Source: a bacterium | GTDB lineage: Bacteria > UBA8248 | Assembly (NCBI GenBank): GCA_965207065.1 | Contig: OZ242260.1 | Coordinates: forward strand, 2,880,001 to 2,944,000 | DNA: 64,000 nt | Direction: 5' to 3' | Shown: one piece after another, positions 48,544 through 58,476 of the stretch | Layout of the letters: every line of letters starts with the position of its first letter | Numbering within the stretch: the first letter of the stretch is position 1 | The notes under the pieces: model-generated | What the model saw: the letters and a program-made list of their open reading frames with translations, nothing else | Told to the model about the DNA's origin: nothing | The model's database searches: none | Position numbers and translations under genes: made by a program

Positions 48544-49410
48544 ATGGCGACGGCGAGTGAAGTCAGAAGGGATGAAGTAAAACTACCTGACGAGTACACC
48601 AAGCAGGAAAGAGTCTGGATGTGGCTCAAGGACAACGTCCCGAGCTTCATCGCGGTGCTCGTCATATGGGAGTGCATCGCCTGGTACGTGAATGAACCCG
48701 CGCTGTTCCCGCGCGTATTTCCCATTGTCCACCGCTTCTACGAGGTCACCTTCCTGAAGTCCGGTGAGACCACGTGCGTCTTGTGCGTGCACTCCTACCA
48801 CACCGCCTGGCGGATCATGATAGGAATGCTCATCGCCGGCTTCGTGGGGATAGCCATCGGAATCGCGATGGGCCGCATCGGCTGGTTCGAGAAGTTCATG
48901 ATCCCCATCCTGAGCATGCTCCTGCCCATTCCGGCCCTGGCCTGGAGCCCGATTCTCGTTCTGTGGTTCGGCCTCGGCAACACGACCATGATATTCATCA
49001 CCGCGTTCGCCGCGGCGCTTCCGGCCATATCCTCCACGTGGACGGGGGTGAAGACCATCAACCCCATTTGGATACGGGCGGCGCAGTCGATGAACGCCGA
49101 GGGGATGACCCTGTTCTGGAAGGTCATTTTCCCCGGCTCGCTGCCCTTCATCCTCTCGGGCATCCGCATCGGCCTGGCGCGCGCATGGCGCGCCGGCATC
49201 GCAGGCGAGATGGTGGCCGCGAGCGACTGGGGTTTGGGTTACGCCATCTTCGACAGCCGCGAAGACCTGGATACCGCATTCATGCTGGTGGGAATCGCGG
49301 CCATCGCCCTGGTCGGCTTCGTGATGGAGAAGTTCATTTTCGAGAAATTTGAAAAAGTGACCGTCGTCAAGTGGGGCATGATGGAAGAGGTCGGCGGACA
49401 GCGCCAGTAA
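48544..49410 (+). CDS. NitT/TauT/SsuC-type ABC transporter permease
   Basis: PIPALAW.P..VLWFGLG, EAA-like RAAQSMNA, LPFILSG.RIG and GEMVAA...GLG. Confidence 0.88.
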   Translation: MATASEVRRDEVKLPDEYTKQERVWMWLKDNVPSFIAVLVIWECIAWYVNEPALFPRVFPIVHRFYEVTFLKSGETTCVLCVHSYHTAWRIMIGMLIAGFVGIAIGIAMGRIGWFEKFMIPILSMLLPIPALAWSPILVLWFGLGNTTMIFITAFAAALPAISSTWTGVKTINPIWIRAAQSMNAEGMTLFWKVIFPGSLPFILSGIRIGLARAWRAGIAGEMVAASDWGLGYAIFDSREDLDTAFMLVGIAAIALVGFVMEKFIFEKFEKVTVVKWGMMEEVGGQRQ

Positions 49411-49435
49411 CCGATAAAACCCAAAGGCAAAAGAT

Positions 49436-49468
49436 AAGGCCGGCTCCCTCGCGGGGGCCGGCCTTTTT
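49436..49468 (+). terminator. Rho-independent terminator, possibly bidirectional
   Basis: AAGGCCGGCTCCC-TCGC-GGGGGCCGGCCTT hairpin with a T run, between convergent genes. Confidence 0.75.
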
Positions 49469-49495
49469 GTTTGTGATTCTTTTGCGGAGACTGCG

Positions 49496-50248
<753 letters not shown>

Positions 50249-50380
50249 GTTATTCGGTCCTTATGAGATATCTGATAGAACGTGATTTCGTCTTTTTGTT
50301 TTTCGCTATGACCCCGAAAAATAACGCAGATGATCCGCCCCCGTCAATTCCGTCAGGCTCCGCAATTCGATTCGCGGAAA

Positions 50381-51232
50381 TCAGAAAAAAGCATAGATGC
50401 CCTCAAAATTCATCACCACGAGAAGAGCGCCCATGACGAACAGAATGATCGTGACGATACGGAAGAACAGCTGATCCGTGAAAATGTTGTAAATCTTCGT
50501 GCCCACAAAGAATCCGAGCAGCACGGGCGTCGTCAGGATGAGGATGAGCCACAGGGCAGTTTCGCCGATGTAGCCCGCCGCCGCGATGGAGGCGATGGCC
50601 GCGACCCGGAGCACCACCTGGCTCGCGCTCAGAACGAAGAGATAGCGCTCTTTCGAGATTTTCATCCCCGTTAAGTAGGAGGCGATGACGTGGGAGGGGA
50701 TGTTGATGGTCCCCAGCATGAGGCCTGCGACCGCGCCCATGCCAAGCGAACGCTTGAGAGATTCCTCGGGCGCCGGTTTTTCGGACTGCCGCCATTGCCA
50801 GACGATCTGACAGATCAAAAAAGCGCCCAGGATGAATTTCATCAGGCGTGGATCGGTATTCAGGAGAATCGTCAGGCCGACGGCCAGGCCTACCAGGCTC
50901 ATCGAAAAGAAGGGAACGAAGGGCCGCAAGCCCTCGTGGACGGCCGCGCGCGTTCGCCAGGCGTTCATGAGGCTCGTGCACAGGGTGGGGATGGAGATGA
51001 CGGCGATGGCCGTCGGCACGTCCCAGAAAATGGCCACGGTGGGCGTCGTGAGGGTGGCGAAGCCAAATCCGCCCACCGCCTTGAGGCCCGAGCCGACGAA
51101 TGCGGCGCAAAAAACCAGAATATAGACCAGAGGACTCAAAATAACCCCGAGAAAAGAAGTTTTTACGCCAGGCGAGATGAGGCTGAAAGCGACACTCGAA
51201 GACGTGAACGGCTCATCGCGAGAAATCCGCAA
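50381..51232 (-). CDS. TauE/SafE (TSUP) family membrane protein
   Basis: G..GFGF motif and about eight hydrophobic segments. True start is uncertain and probably downstream of 51232. Confidence 0.75.
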   Translation of the reverse strand: MRISRDEPFTSSSVAFSLISPGVKTSFLGVILSPLVYILVFCAAFVGSGLKAVGGFGFATLTTPTVAIFWDVPTAIAVISIPTLCTSLMNAWRTRAAVHEGLRPFVPFFSMSLVGLAVGLTILLNTDPRLMKFILGAFLICQIVWQWRQSEKPAPEESLKRSLGMGAVAGLMLGTINIPSHVIASYLTGMKISKERYLFVLSASQVVLRVAAIASIAAAGYIGETALWLILILTTPVLLGFFVGTKIYNIFTDQLFFRIVTIILFVMGALLVVMNFEGIYAFF

Positions 51233-51403
51233 ACATGGCGCTGAACCTTGACGCCGCTGCGATTATATCGGCATTATAACCGCCAACCTTGAGTACGGGA
51301 AATCTCATAGGCTCGTTTCATCAGCATGTGTCGAATGCCCCTTCGACTTTTGAATGGAGCCGTCAACCACGGCTTCGGCGCGCCGGATTTGAGGGTTTTT
51401 TGA

Positions 51404-52474
51404 ATGGATTTTTCCTTATTTTATATCCTGTATCGTCCCGAAGATATGACCGAGGCGCAGGTCCATGAGGATATGCTCGAAGAGAGCATTCTGGCGGACG
51501 AGTTGGGTTACTCGTGCGTCTGGTACGCCGAGCATCACTTCTCACGCGTCGGGATGATCCCCGACCCCCTCCTCATCTGCGCCGCGGTGGCGCAAAAGAC
51601 GAAAAAAATCCACGTGGGCACGGCCATTTCCATCATGTCGTTTCACGATCCCATAAGGCTGGCCGAGCAGGCCGCCATGGTGGATCTCCTGAGCGGCGGC
51701 AGGCTGGAGCTGGGCATCGGGCGCGGCTCCCAGCCCAAGGAGTTCCAGGGTTTCGGCGCGAAGCCGTCGGAAAGCCGCGAGCGCTTAAAAGAAGGTCTCC
51801 ACATTCTCTCCCGCCTTCTCGAAGGGCAGAAGGTGACGTTCGAGGGCCGGCATCACCAGTGCGCGGACGTGGAAATCTTCCCCAAGCCCCTCCAAAGGCC
51901 GCGCCCGCCCATCTGGCTGGCGGGAACGAGTCCCGAAACCTACACTTATGCGGGCGAGAACGGCTTCAAGGTGATGGCCTCGGCCGGCTTCACGGGGCCT
52001 GAGGTTTATAAGCAAAAGTTCGGGCTTTACGAGGACGCCATCAGGAGATCGGGCGGCGACCCCGCCGGTATCGACAGACCCCTGGTTCACCACATCCACG
52101 TGTGCGATGCGGCGGATGCGGAGGAATGCTTCGACCTCACGGTGGAGGGCGAGGGCGAGTACCTGCGCTACCGGGCGAAGATGAACGAGGTGGAAATGCC
52201 CGAGGATGAGGCGAAGCACCTGAAGCGCAACTGGAGTTATGAGCTGGACGTCGCCGAGATTGTCAGGGGCGGCGGCATCATTGCCGATCCGGAGGCCGTG
52301 GCGGAGGATATCTGCAGGCTGCGCGATGATTATGGGGTCAATCACGTCATTCTGGCGCCCTGGCGCGGGCCGGACCACGCCGCGGTGATGCGCTCGATAG
52401 AGAGCTTCGCCAGTGACGTCATGCCGCTGGTGAACGCCACCGCGCCCGTCGGCTCGGGTGGCAGTCAGTCTTGA
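51404..52474 (+). CDS. Luciferase-like (LLM class) flavin-dependent oxidoreductase A
   Basis: ADELGY..VWYAEHHF, P.RLAEQ.A.VD.LS.GRLELG.GRG and FPKP.Q.PRPPIW. Confidence 0.92.
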   Translation: MDFSLFYILYRPEDMTEAQVHEDMLEESILADELGYSCVWYAEHHFSRVGMIPDPLLICAAVAQKTKKIHVGTAISIMSFHDPIRLAEQAAMVDLLSGGRLELGIGRGSQPKEFQGFGAKPSESRERLKEGLHILSRLLEGQKVTFEGRHHQCADVEIFPKPLQRPRPPIWLAGTSPETYTYAGENGFKVMASAGFTGPEVYKQKFGLYEDAIRRSGGDPAGIDRPLVHHIHVCDAADAEECFDLTVEGEGEYLRYRAKMNEVEMPEDEAKHLKRNWSYELDVAEIVRGGGIIADPEAVAEDICRLRDDYGVNHVILAPWRGPDHAAVMRSIESFASDVMPLVNATAPVGSGGSQS

Positions 52475-52522
52475 AGCCTTGAAGGTTTCTTTCTTGTCTT
52501 AAAAATCAGGAGGCGCTTTGTC

Positions 52523-53503
52523 GTGGGTATGAGCTTTAGTTTGCATCTGGTGCCGGATGACATCCGGGTCGTGGCGGAGCGCTCGAAATACGCCGAGGAC
52601 AACGGATTCGAGCAGGTGTGGATAGCGGAGAGCCATCTCACCTGCCGGGATCACAACATCGCGCTCGCCCTGGCGATCGAGAAAACCTCGCATGTGAAAA
52701 TCGGCCCCGGCGTGACGAACCCGGTCCTGCACGACGACAGCGTCGCGGCGAGCGCCATCGCCACGCTCGATGAACTATCAGGCGGCCGGGTGCTGTTCGG
52801 CATTGGCTCGGGCGATACGCCCGTCTATACGCTGGGCAAGAAGATGGCCCGGCTCGCGCGGATGCGCGAATCCATAGCGGCCATACGCGCGTTCACGCGC
52901 GGCGAGACGGTGGAATACGCCGAGGGCGTGAACGTAAACATGTGGTGTGAGCGGGATATCCCCATCTACACCTCCGCCGAGGGTCCCCGGACGCTCTCCA
53001 TGTCGGCTGAAGTCGCGGACGGCGTCATCGTAGGCTCGGGCGTCTACCAGGAGACGGTGGACTGGGTGATGAAGTATCTGAACGAGGGGATGGAGAATCG
53101 CGACTCCTCTCTGGGCGAGATGGACATCATATTCGGCGCGGTCGTCTCGGTGGATACCGACAGCGTGCGCGCTCGCGAGAAGGTGCGGGCGCGGGTGGCG
53201 AACCGGGCGCACCACAACTTCCGCATGACGCTCGACTCGGTGCCCGACCCGTACAAGCCCGAAATCAAACAACTTCTGGACAACTTCGACGTGAGCAACT
53301 GGCGGGATCCCAAGCACGTGCCGCTCATTACCGACTACATCCTGGACCGCTTCACCATCACGGGAACGCCCGAGGAATGCGTCGACCGCATCCAGGAGAT
53401 CGAGTCCTACGGCGTCAAGAGCATCATGATCGACCCCCCGAACCAGGATTTCGACGAATCTCTCAAAATGTTCACCGAAGAGGTTTTGCCCAAGTGCGTA
53501 TGA
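52523..53503 (+). CDS. LLM class oxidoreductase, Mer/F420-dependent-like
   Basis: GFEQVWIAESH, IGPGVTNP, ATLDELSGGR..GIGSGD, GPRTL....ADGVI and GTPEEC. Confidence 0.85.
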   Translation: MGMSFSLHLVPDDIRVVAERSKYAEDNGFEQVWIAESHLTCRDHNIALALAIEKTSHVKIGPGVTNPVLHDDSVAASAIATLDELSGGRVLFGIGSGDTPVYTLGKKMARLARMRESIAAIRAFTRGETVEYAEGVNVNMWCERDIPIYTSAEGPRTLSMSAEVADGVIVGSGVYQETVDWVMKYLNEGMENRDSSLGEMDIIFGAVVSVDTDSVRAREKVRARVANRAHHNFRMTLDSVPDPYKPEIKQLLDNFDVSNWRDPKHVPLITDYILDRFTITGTPEECVDRIQEIESYGVKSIMIDPPNQDFDESLKMFTEEVLPKCV

Positions 53504-53551
53504 CCGCATCCGGGGCGTAATCGACCGCCTTATTCATAAGAGGAACCCAAC

Positions 53552-53950
53552 ATGGCGCTGATACCCGAATCTCATGCCGGCATTCTCGACACAAAGGCCC
53601 TCCTGTACCTGGGCACCCAGAACAAGGACGGATCCCCCCAGGTCTCTCCCGTATGGTTCGGCACCAATGGCGACATCATCGAGGTCAATTCGGCCAAAGG
53701 CCGACTGAAGGACCTCAACATGCGCGCGAGGTCCAAGGTTTCCATCGCCATCGTCGACCCCGAAAACGCCTACAGGTGGGTGGGGATTCAGGGCACGGTG
53801 GTGGAGATTACCGAAAACGGGGCGGAAGAGCATATCGACGCCTTGGCGAACAAGTATCTGGGCGTGGACAGCTATCCGAACCGCCAGGCGGGACAGGTGC
53901 GCGTCATCTACCGCATCCGGGCGGACAAGGTGTTCACGATGGGTGCGTAA
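53552..53950 (+). CDS. PPOX class (split-barrel) probable F420-dependent oxidoreductase
   Basis: T..KDGSPQVSPVW, GR.K..N, DP.N.YR and ID.LA.KY.G...YP. Confidence 0.88.
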   Translation: MALIPESHAGILDTKALLYLGTQNKDGSPQVSPVWFGTNGDIIEVNSAKGRLKDLNMRARSKVSIAIVDPENAYRWVGIQGTVVEITENGAEEHIDALANKYLGVDSYPNRQAGQVRVIYRIRADKVFTMGA

Positions 53951-53997
53951 GACGCCCTGCGCACCGGATTACCATGTACGGGACGGAGACCTGATAG

Positions 53998-55053
53998 ATG
54001 AAATTCTCGCTTTTCTACATTCCTGCCTGTCAGGAGGGCGAAAGCTACAAGCACGAGTTCGACCAGTTGATCGAACAATGCGAGGTGGCCGACGAACTCG
54101 GCTACGAGGCCGTGTTCCTGGCCGAGCACCACTTCTCCCGCGTGGGCATGTGCCCCGACGCCCTGATGGTCGCGCTCGCCATCGCTCAGAGAACCAAAAA
54201 GATCAGAATCGGCACCGCCATCTGCATCATGCCGTTCCACAATCCGGTGCGCTTGGCCGAACAGGCCGCCCTGGTCGACGTGCTGAGCGGCGGGCGTCTG
54301 GAACTGGGCGTCGGCAGGGGTTCCCAGCCCAAGGAATTCCAGGGCTTCAACATCTCCCCCTCCGAGAGCAGAGAGAAGATGCAGGAGGGCCTCGAGGTGA
54401 TGACCCGCCTGCTGGAGGGGGAATGCCTCACCTTCCACGGGAAGCACTACAGCTGCATCGACGTGGAGATTTTCCCGAAACCCATCCAGAAGCCGCGTCC
54501 TCCCATCTGGCTGGCCGGCACGAGTCCCGAAACATACGTCTTCGCCGGCCAGAGGGGGTACAACATCATGGCGTCGGGCACCTTCAAGGGGCCTGACGTA
54601 TATCTGGAGAAGATGGAGTTGTTCAACGAAACCGTGCGCAACCGGGGCGGCGACCCGAGTGTTTATCCCGCCCTCATGGCGCACCACGTCCATGTGTGCG
54701 ACGACCCCGAGCACGCCTGGCGGCAGATCGAGCCCTCCGAATCGTGGTATCTCTCCTACCGCAGCGCGGTGAATTCCATCGAGATGCCGCTCGAGGAGAA
54801 AGAAGCCCTCAAGCGCAACTGGAGCTACGACGTCGACATCCGCCAGGTCATCGAGGGGGGCGGCGTCATCGGCCCGCCGGAGAAGGTGATCGCCGACCTG
54901 AAGCGGCTCCAGACGGAGTTCCGGGTGAATCACATCATGATCTTCGTGCTGCGCGGCATCGCCCAGGACGAGGCGATTCAGTCGATAGAGCGGTTTGCGA
55001 AAGAGGTGATGCCCGCGTTCGCCGAAGAGCGCGCGGCGAGTTCAAGCGAATAA
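53998..55053 (+). CDS. Luciferase-like (LLM class) flavin-dependent oxidoreductase B, paralogue of 51404-52474
   Basis: Same LLM motifs. Shares AEHHFSRVGM, GRGSQPKEFQGF, WLAGTSPETY and LKRNWSY with gene A. Confidence 0.92.
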   Translation: MKFSLFYIPACQEGESYKHEFDQLIEQCEVADELGYEAVFLAEHHFSRVGMCPDALMVALAIAQRTKKIRIGTAICIMPFHNPVRLAEQAALVDVLSGGRLELGVGRGSQPKEFQGFNISPSESREKMQEGLEVMTRLLEGECLTFHGKHYSCIDVEIFPKPIQKPRPPIWLAGTSPETYVFAGQRGYNIMASGTFKGPDVYLEKMELFNETVRNRGGDPSVYPALMAHHVHVCDDPEHAWRQIEPSESWYLSYRSAVNSIEMPLEEKEALKRNWSYDVDIRQVIEGGGVIGPPEKVIADLKRLQTEFRVNHIMIFVLRGIAQDEAIQSIERFAKEVMPAFAEERAASSSE

Positions 55054-55077
55054 CATCGGTTTCGAGGAGAACGGAGA

Positions 55078-55677
55078 ATGTGGATATCCCCATTAAGGCT
55101 GAATGACGCCCAGGAGCCCGCGCGCGGGATTCTCGAGGGCATCCGGGCGAAACGGGGCGCCGTGCCCAAGCTGCTGCTCACGATGGCGCGCAGGCCCCAG
55201 GTCCTGAACGGACGCCAGACGATGAACATGGCCGTCCACGGCGGGAATTCGACGCTGGGCCAGAGGCGCGAGGAACTGATCTCCTACTACGTGGCCACCA
55301 TCGGCGGGTGCTATGGCTGAACGATGAACCATGGCCAGGCTTTCCGTGCTGAAAGCGGCGACGACGTAACGCTGGCCGACGTGGCCACCGTGGTGACGGA
55401 CAGGGACAATTCCCCGGTGCTCGACGATGCGGACAAGACGATGCTCGCATTCGCCGAAAAACTCACGTTCGACCACTACGCGATGAGCGAGGCGGACCTG
55501 GACGCGCTACGCGAGGCGGGCTTCTCGGATGAGAACGTGCTGGACATCATCGGTTCCGTCTCGTACCGGAACATGAGCAACCGGCTGAACCTGGCGCTCG
55601 GCCTCGATGCCGTCGAACCCGAAGGCCCGGACGAGTTGATGGAGGTGGTGCGCTTCTCCCGGACCGCTCGGGCTTAA
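55078..55677 (+). CDS. AhpD/carboxymuconolactone decarboxylase-like peroxidase-related protein; probable selenoprotein (C78-Y-G-U81)
   Basis: ORFs 55078-55320 and 55324-55677 are in the same frame and joined by TGA at 55318-55320. The joint product has RELI...VA...CxxU...H followed by FAEKLT, DLDALREAGFSDE and NM.NR....LG, the usual pattern of this family. Confidence 0.85.
55333..55377 (+). promoter_or_regulatory. Candidate bacterial SECIS element
   Basis: GCTTTC-(CGTGCT)-GAAAGC hairpin at 55339-55356. The loop starts 25 nt after the TGA and has GT at loop positions 2-3. Lower stem GGCCAG/CTGGCC. Confidence 0.7.
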
Positions 55678-55799
55678 GAGACATATATCCGTTTGCCGGC
55701 CGAGCAAGTCCGGGCCGGTGATTATCAGGCAAAAAAGTTTGCCACCGTTCATTTGCGGCGCGCCCAGGCCGCGAAACAAAGCAGAAAGGAAGAGATTCC

Positions 55800-56570
55800 A
55801 TGTCAGAGCTCACCATCCGTCCGCTGAACTGCGGAACCATTCACACGGATTACTCCAATATGGTGTATTGGACGAACTTCGGGACGAAACTGGAGATTCC
55901 CTCGTTCATCTACATGATCGAGGGGGCGAAGGACCACGACGGCAAGGACGTGAAGGTCGTGGTCGACACCAGTTTTCTGGACCCCGAGCGCGGCGGCGCC
56001 CCCTGGCCCGCGAGCCGGGAGCCCGGCCAGGGCGTTCGCGAACAGTTAGAGGGCGCGGGCTGGAAGCCTGAGGATGTGGACATCCTCATCCTCACGCACT
56101 TGCACTGGGACCACTCCCAGAACTGCGACCTGTTCACCAACGCGATCAAATACGTGTGGGCGGAGGAGCTTCAATACTCCATGTGCCCGGTCGCGCTGCA
56201 ATCCAAGCCCTATGACGCGCCGATCCACCCCAACACCCGCTGGCCGGTGATCGCGCAGCAGGGCATCATCTTCGAGCCGATCTGGAAGGACAATACCGAG
56301 ATCGTGCCGGGCGTCACCTACTTCCACACGCCGGGCCACACGCCGGGGCACTGCTCGGTCGCCGTCGAGACGCGCGTGGGCACCTACGTCATCGCCGCCG
56401 ACGTCATCCAGATCAACGAAGGCCTGGAGCGCCGCGTTCCCGCCGGCCAGATGTCGAGCATGCGCGACGCGATGGATTCCATCCATAAGTGCATCGAGCG
56501 CGCCACGAAGGAGGAATACATCCTGCCCGGCCATGAAATCTCGGTGCTCGAGAAGGAAGTCTACCCGTAA
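55800..56570 (+). CDS. Metallo-beta-lactamase fold hydrolase, N-acyl homoserine lactonase-like
   Basis: THLHWDH, TPGHTPGH, AAD and LPGHE. Confidence 0.88.
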   Translation: MSELTIRPLNCGTIHTDYSNMVYWTNFGTKLEIPSFIYMIEGAKDHDGKDVKVVVDTSFLDPERGGAPWPASREPGQGVREQLEGAGWKPEDVDILILTHLHWDHSQNCDLFTNAIKYVWAEELQYSMCPVALQSKPYDAPIHPNTRWPVIAQQGIIFEPIWKDNTEIVPGVTYFHTPGHTPGHCSVAVETRVGTYVIAADVIQINEGLERRVPAGQMSSMRDAMDSIHKCIERATKEEYILPGHEISVLEKEVYP

Positions 56571-56624
56571 GAGCGGATAACGCTCGGCGCCAAGAGCCGA
56601 GTGTTTGCAAAGGGAGGAATCAGG

Positions 56625-57002
56625 ATGGCGATGAGCGAGCGGGGCAGGGCCTTGTACGAGGAGATGAAGGCGGCGCGCGGGTTTATCTACCCGGCGTATG
56701 AACTCCTGTGCGAGGTGGACCCCGAGCTATTGGAGAACTACGAGAACCTCAAAAACCACATCATGAAGAAACAGGGCCCCTTTCACGAGAAGTACAAGGA
56801 GCTCTTCATCGCGGTGGCGAGCGCCTCGCGCAACCCCTCTGATACCGAGGGCATCAAGAACCACTTGAAGAAAGCGCTGCAGCTCGGCGCGACCGTCGAG
56901 GAGGCGACGGAGGCCCTCGAGTGCATGCTGCCCCCCTGCGGGATGACGGCGCTCGTGGCGGGCTGCACGCAGCTCAAAGAAGTGATCGACGAAGGGTATT
57001 AG
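56625..57002 (+). CDS. Carboxymuconolactone decarboxylase family protein (no CxxC)
   Basis: KYKEL..IA and H.KKAL.LGAT.EE..EALE. RBS GGGAGG. Confidence 0.8.
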   Translation: MAMSERGRALYEEMKAARGFIYPAYELLCEVDPELLENYENLKNHIMKKQGPFHEKYKELFIAVASASRNPSDTEGIKNHLKKALQLGATVEEATEALECMLPPCGMTALVAGCTQLKEVIDEGY

Positions 57003-57023
57003 AGCAAGGCCGAAAGTGAGCCG

Positions 57024-57060
57024 ACCGGGGGAGTGCGCGACGCTCCCCCGGTTTTTGTTT
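57024..57060 (+). terminator. Rho-independent terminator closing the LLM/selenoprotein operon
   Basis: ACCGGGGGAGTG/CGCTCCCCCGGT hairpin followed by TTTTGTTT. Confidence 0.75.
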
Positions 57061-57218
57061 GTTATTTGCGACCGAAGAGGGAGCGATTGCCGAGCGTGGG
57101 GGTGCGATGGTTTTGTAGCCGGACAGGCGCAGGGGACTGTCCGCTGCTTCCGCCTGCTACAAGGTGAAAACAGGTATCCGTCATGCTTTCATCTCGGGTT
57201 GCGCAGATAACATAATAG

Positions 57219-57235
57219 ATGTATATAATATACAT
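57219..57235. promoter_or_regulatory. NsrR-type operator
   Basis: Perfect palindrome ATGTATAT-A-ATATACAT resembling the GATGYAT-N5-ATRCATC NsrR consensus, about 20 bp upstream of the Rrf2 gene. Confidence 0.75.
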
Positions 57236-57256
57236 GTTAATCGGGAGGGACACTCG

Positions 57257-57697
57257 ATGAGGCTCACCGTTCAGACAGACTATGCACTCAGGATGATGAT
57301 GCAACTGGCTTGCCGTACTGATGGCCTGGTGACGATCCACGAGATTGCGGAGCGGTACGGGATATCAAAGAACCATCTGGTGAAGGTCGCGCACAGGCTG
57401 GGCCGCGCGGGGTTCATCGAAACGATCCGGGGCCGAAGCGGCGGCCTGAGGCTCGCCAAGCCGGCGGAGGAAATCTCCGTCGGGACAGTGGCGAGGCACA
57501 CCGAACAAGGCAGCGCCCTCGTCGAGTGTTTTCCGGGCGGAAGCGGAAAGTGCCTGGTCAAGCCGCACTGCCGGCTCAAGAGCGTTCTGGCCGAGGCGCA
57601 GGAAGCCTTTTTCACCGTTCTCGATCGCTACACCATCCACGACCTGGTGAAACGCAACCCCGGACTGCTCGCCTTGCTTGTCGGAGACGCCGCATGA
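57257..57697 (+). CDS. nsrR: Rrf2 family transcriptional regulator, NsrR-like
   Basis: TDYALR, ISKNHLVKV, RGRSGG.RLA and three cysteines (ECF....C.....CRLK). Confidence 0.85.
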   Translation: MRLTVQTDYALRMMMQLACRTDGLVTIHEIAERYGISKNHLVKVAHRLGRAGFIETIRGRSGGLRLAKPAEEISVGTVARHTEQGSALVECFPGGSGKCLVKPHCRLKSVLAEAQEAFFTVLDRYTIHDLVKRNPGLLALLVGDAA

Positions 57698-58143
57698 ACA
57701 CGACGCATCTCAAGATCGTAGGAGAACGCCGGGCCGGAATCCAGGCGAAAGCCGCCGCGATGGGGGTCGACGAGGCGTACGTCTCCGAGCTCGTGAATAC
57801 CTTCTACAGCCGCATCCGGGAAGACCGGCTGCTCGGGCCGATTTTCGATGAGGCCATCGGCGACAGGTGGGGGCTTCACCTCGAGAAGATGAAGGATTTC
57901 TGGGCGACGGTGGCCTTGGGCGCCGGTCGCTACTCGGGAGAACCGATTCCGGCCCACAAGAAACTCGTGGAGGTCCGGCCCCGGCATTTCGACGAATGGC
58001 TCGAACTGTTCGAGGAAACCCTGCAGGACACGGCGCCCACGCCGGAGGCGGCCGCCTATTTCATGGGCCACGCCAGGCAGATCGGACGAGGGCTGCAGAT
58101 CGCCATGTTCGGCGCATCAGGTTTCGGGAGGGCAGGCGCATGA
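57694..58143 (+). CDS. Group III truncated haemoglobin
   Basis: LV.TFY.RIR.D.LLGPIF, W..HL.KM.DFW, Y.G.P..H and HF.EWL.LF. Confidence 0.88.
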   Translation: MNTTHLKIVGERRAGIQAKAAAMGVDEAYVSELVNTFYSRIREDRLLGPIFDEAIGDRWGLHLEKMKDFWATVALGAGRYSGEPIPAHKKLVEVRPRHFDEWLELFEETLQDTAPTPEAAAYFMGHARQIGRGLQIAMFGASGFGRAGA

Positions 58144-58433
58144 GTGAGAACATTCCGGAAGGGCTCGTCAAGTATTTCGAAAGCAAAATCTTCACCGAGA
58201 AGACCGTTCCCGAAAAACTCCTGACCCTGCACGACACGAAGCCGGGCGTCTGGGCGCGAATCGTTGTTCTCGAGGGCAGCCTCGACTATGTCGTACCGGG
58301 TGCGCCCGAGCGGAACCGCCGCCTGGAAACAGGCGATTACGGCGTCATCCGGCCCACCGAGGCGCACCGCGTGGAACTCCTCGGAATGGTCCGGTTCCAG
58401 GTGGAGTTTTACCGACCCGAGGAAGAGGGCTAG
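58140..58433 (+). CDS. DUF1971/YeaR-like (TehB N-terminal) cupin protein
   Basis: FT..TVP..L...H.TK.GVW....VLEG.L.Y and P...H.VE......F.VEFY. Confidence 0.82.
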   Translation: MSENIPEGLVKYFESKIFTEKTVPEKLLTLHDTKPGVWARIVVLEGSLDYVVPGAPERNRRLETGDYGVIRPTEAHRVELLGMVRFQVEFYRPEEEG

Positions 58434-58476
58434 CAGGGTCGGCGCGCGAACCGCCCTTACAGACCCAACCTTTTAC

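Noticed and set aside
48773-48800. c-type haem-binding motif in the ABC permease
   Set aside because: The sequence is C-x-x-C-x-H, not the canonical C-x-x-C-H.
55078-55677. Pseudogene or two separate small genes
   Set aside because: The stop falls exactly on the catalytic Cys position, both halves are intact and in frame, and a SECIS-like hairpin follows. Recoding is the simpler explanation, though it is unproven without the sel genes.
55800-56570. Antibiotic-resistance beta-lactamase or proven quorum-quenching enzyme
   Set aside because: There is no signal peptide. The motifs only place it in the broad AHL-lactonase-like MBL group, and its context is catabolic.
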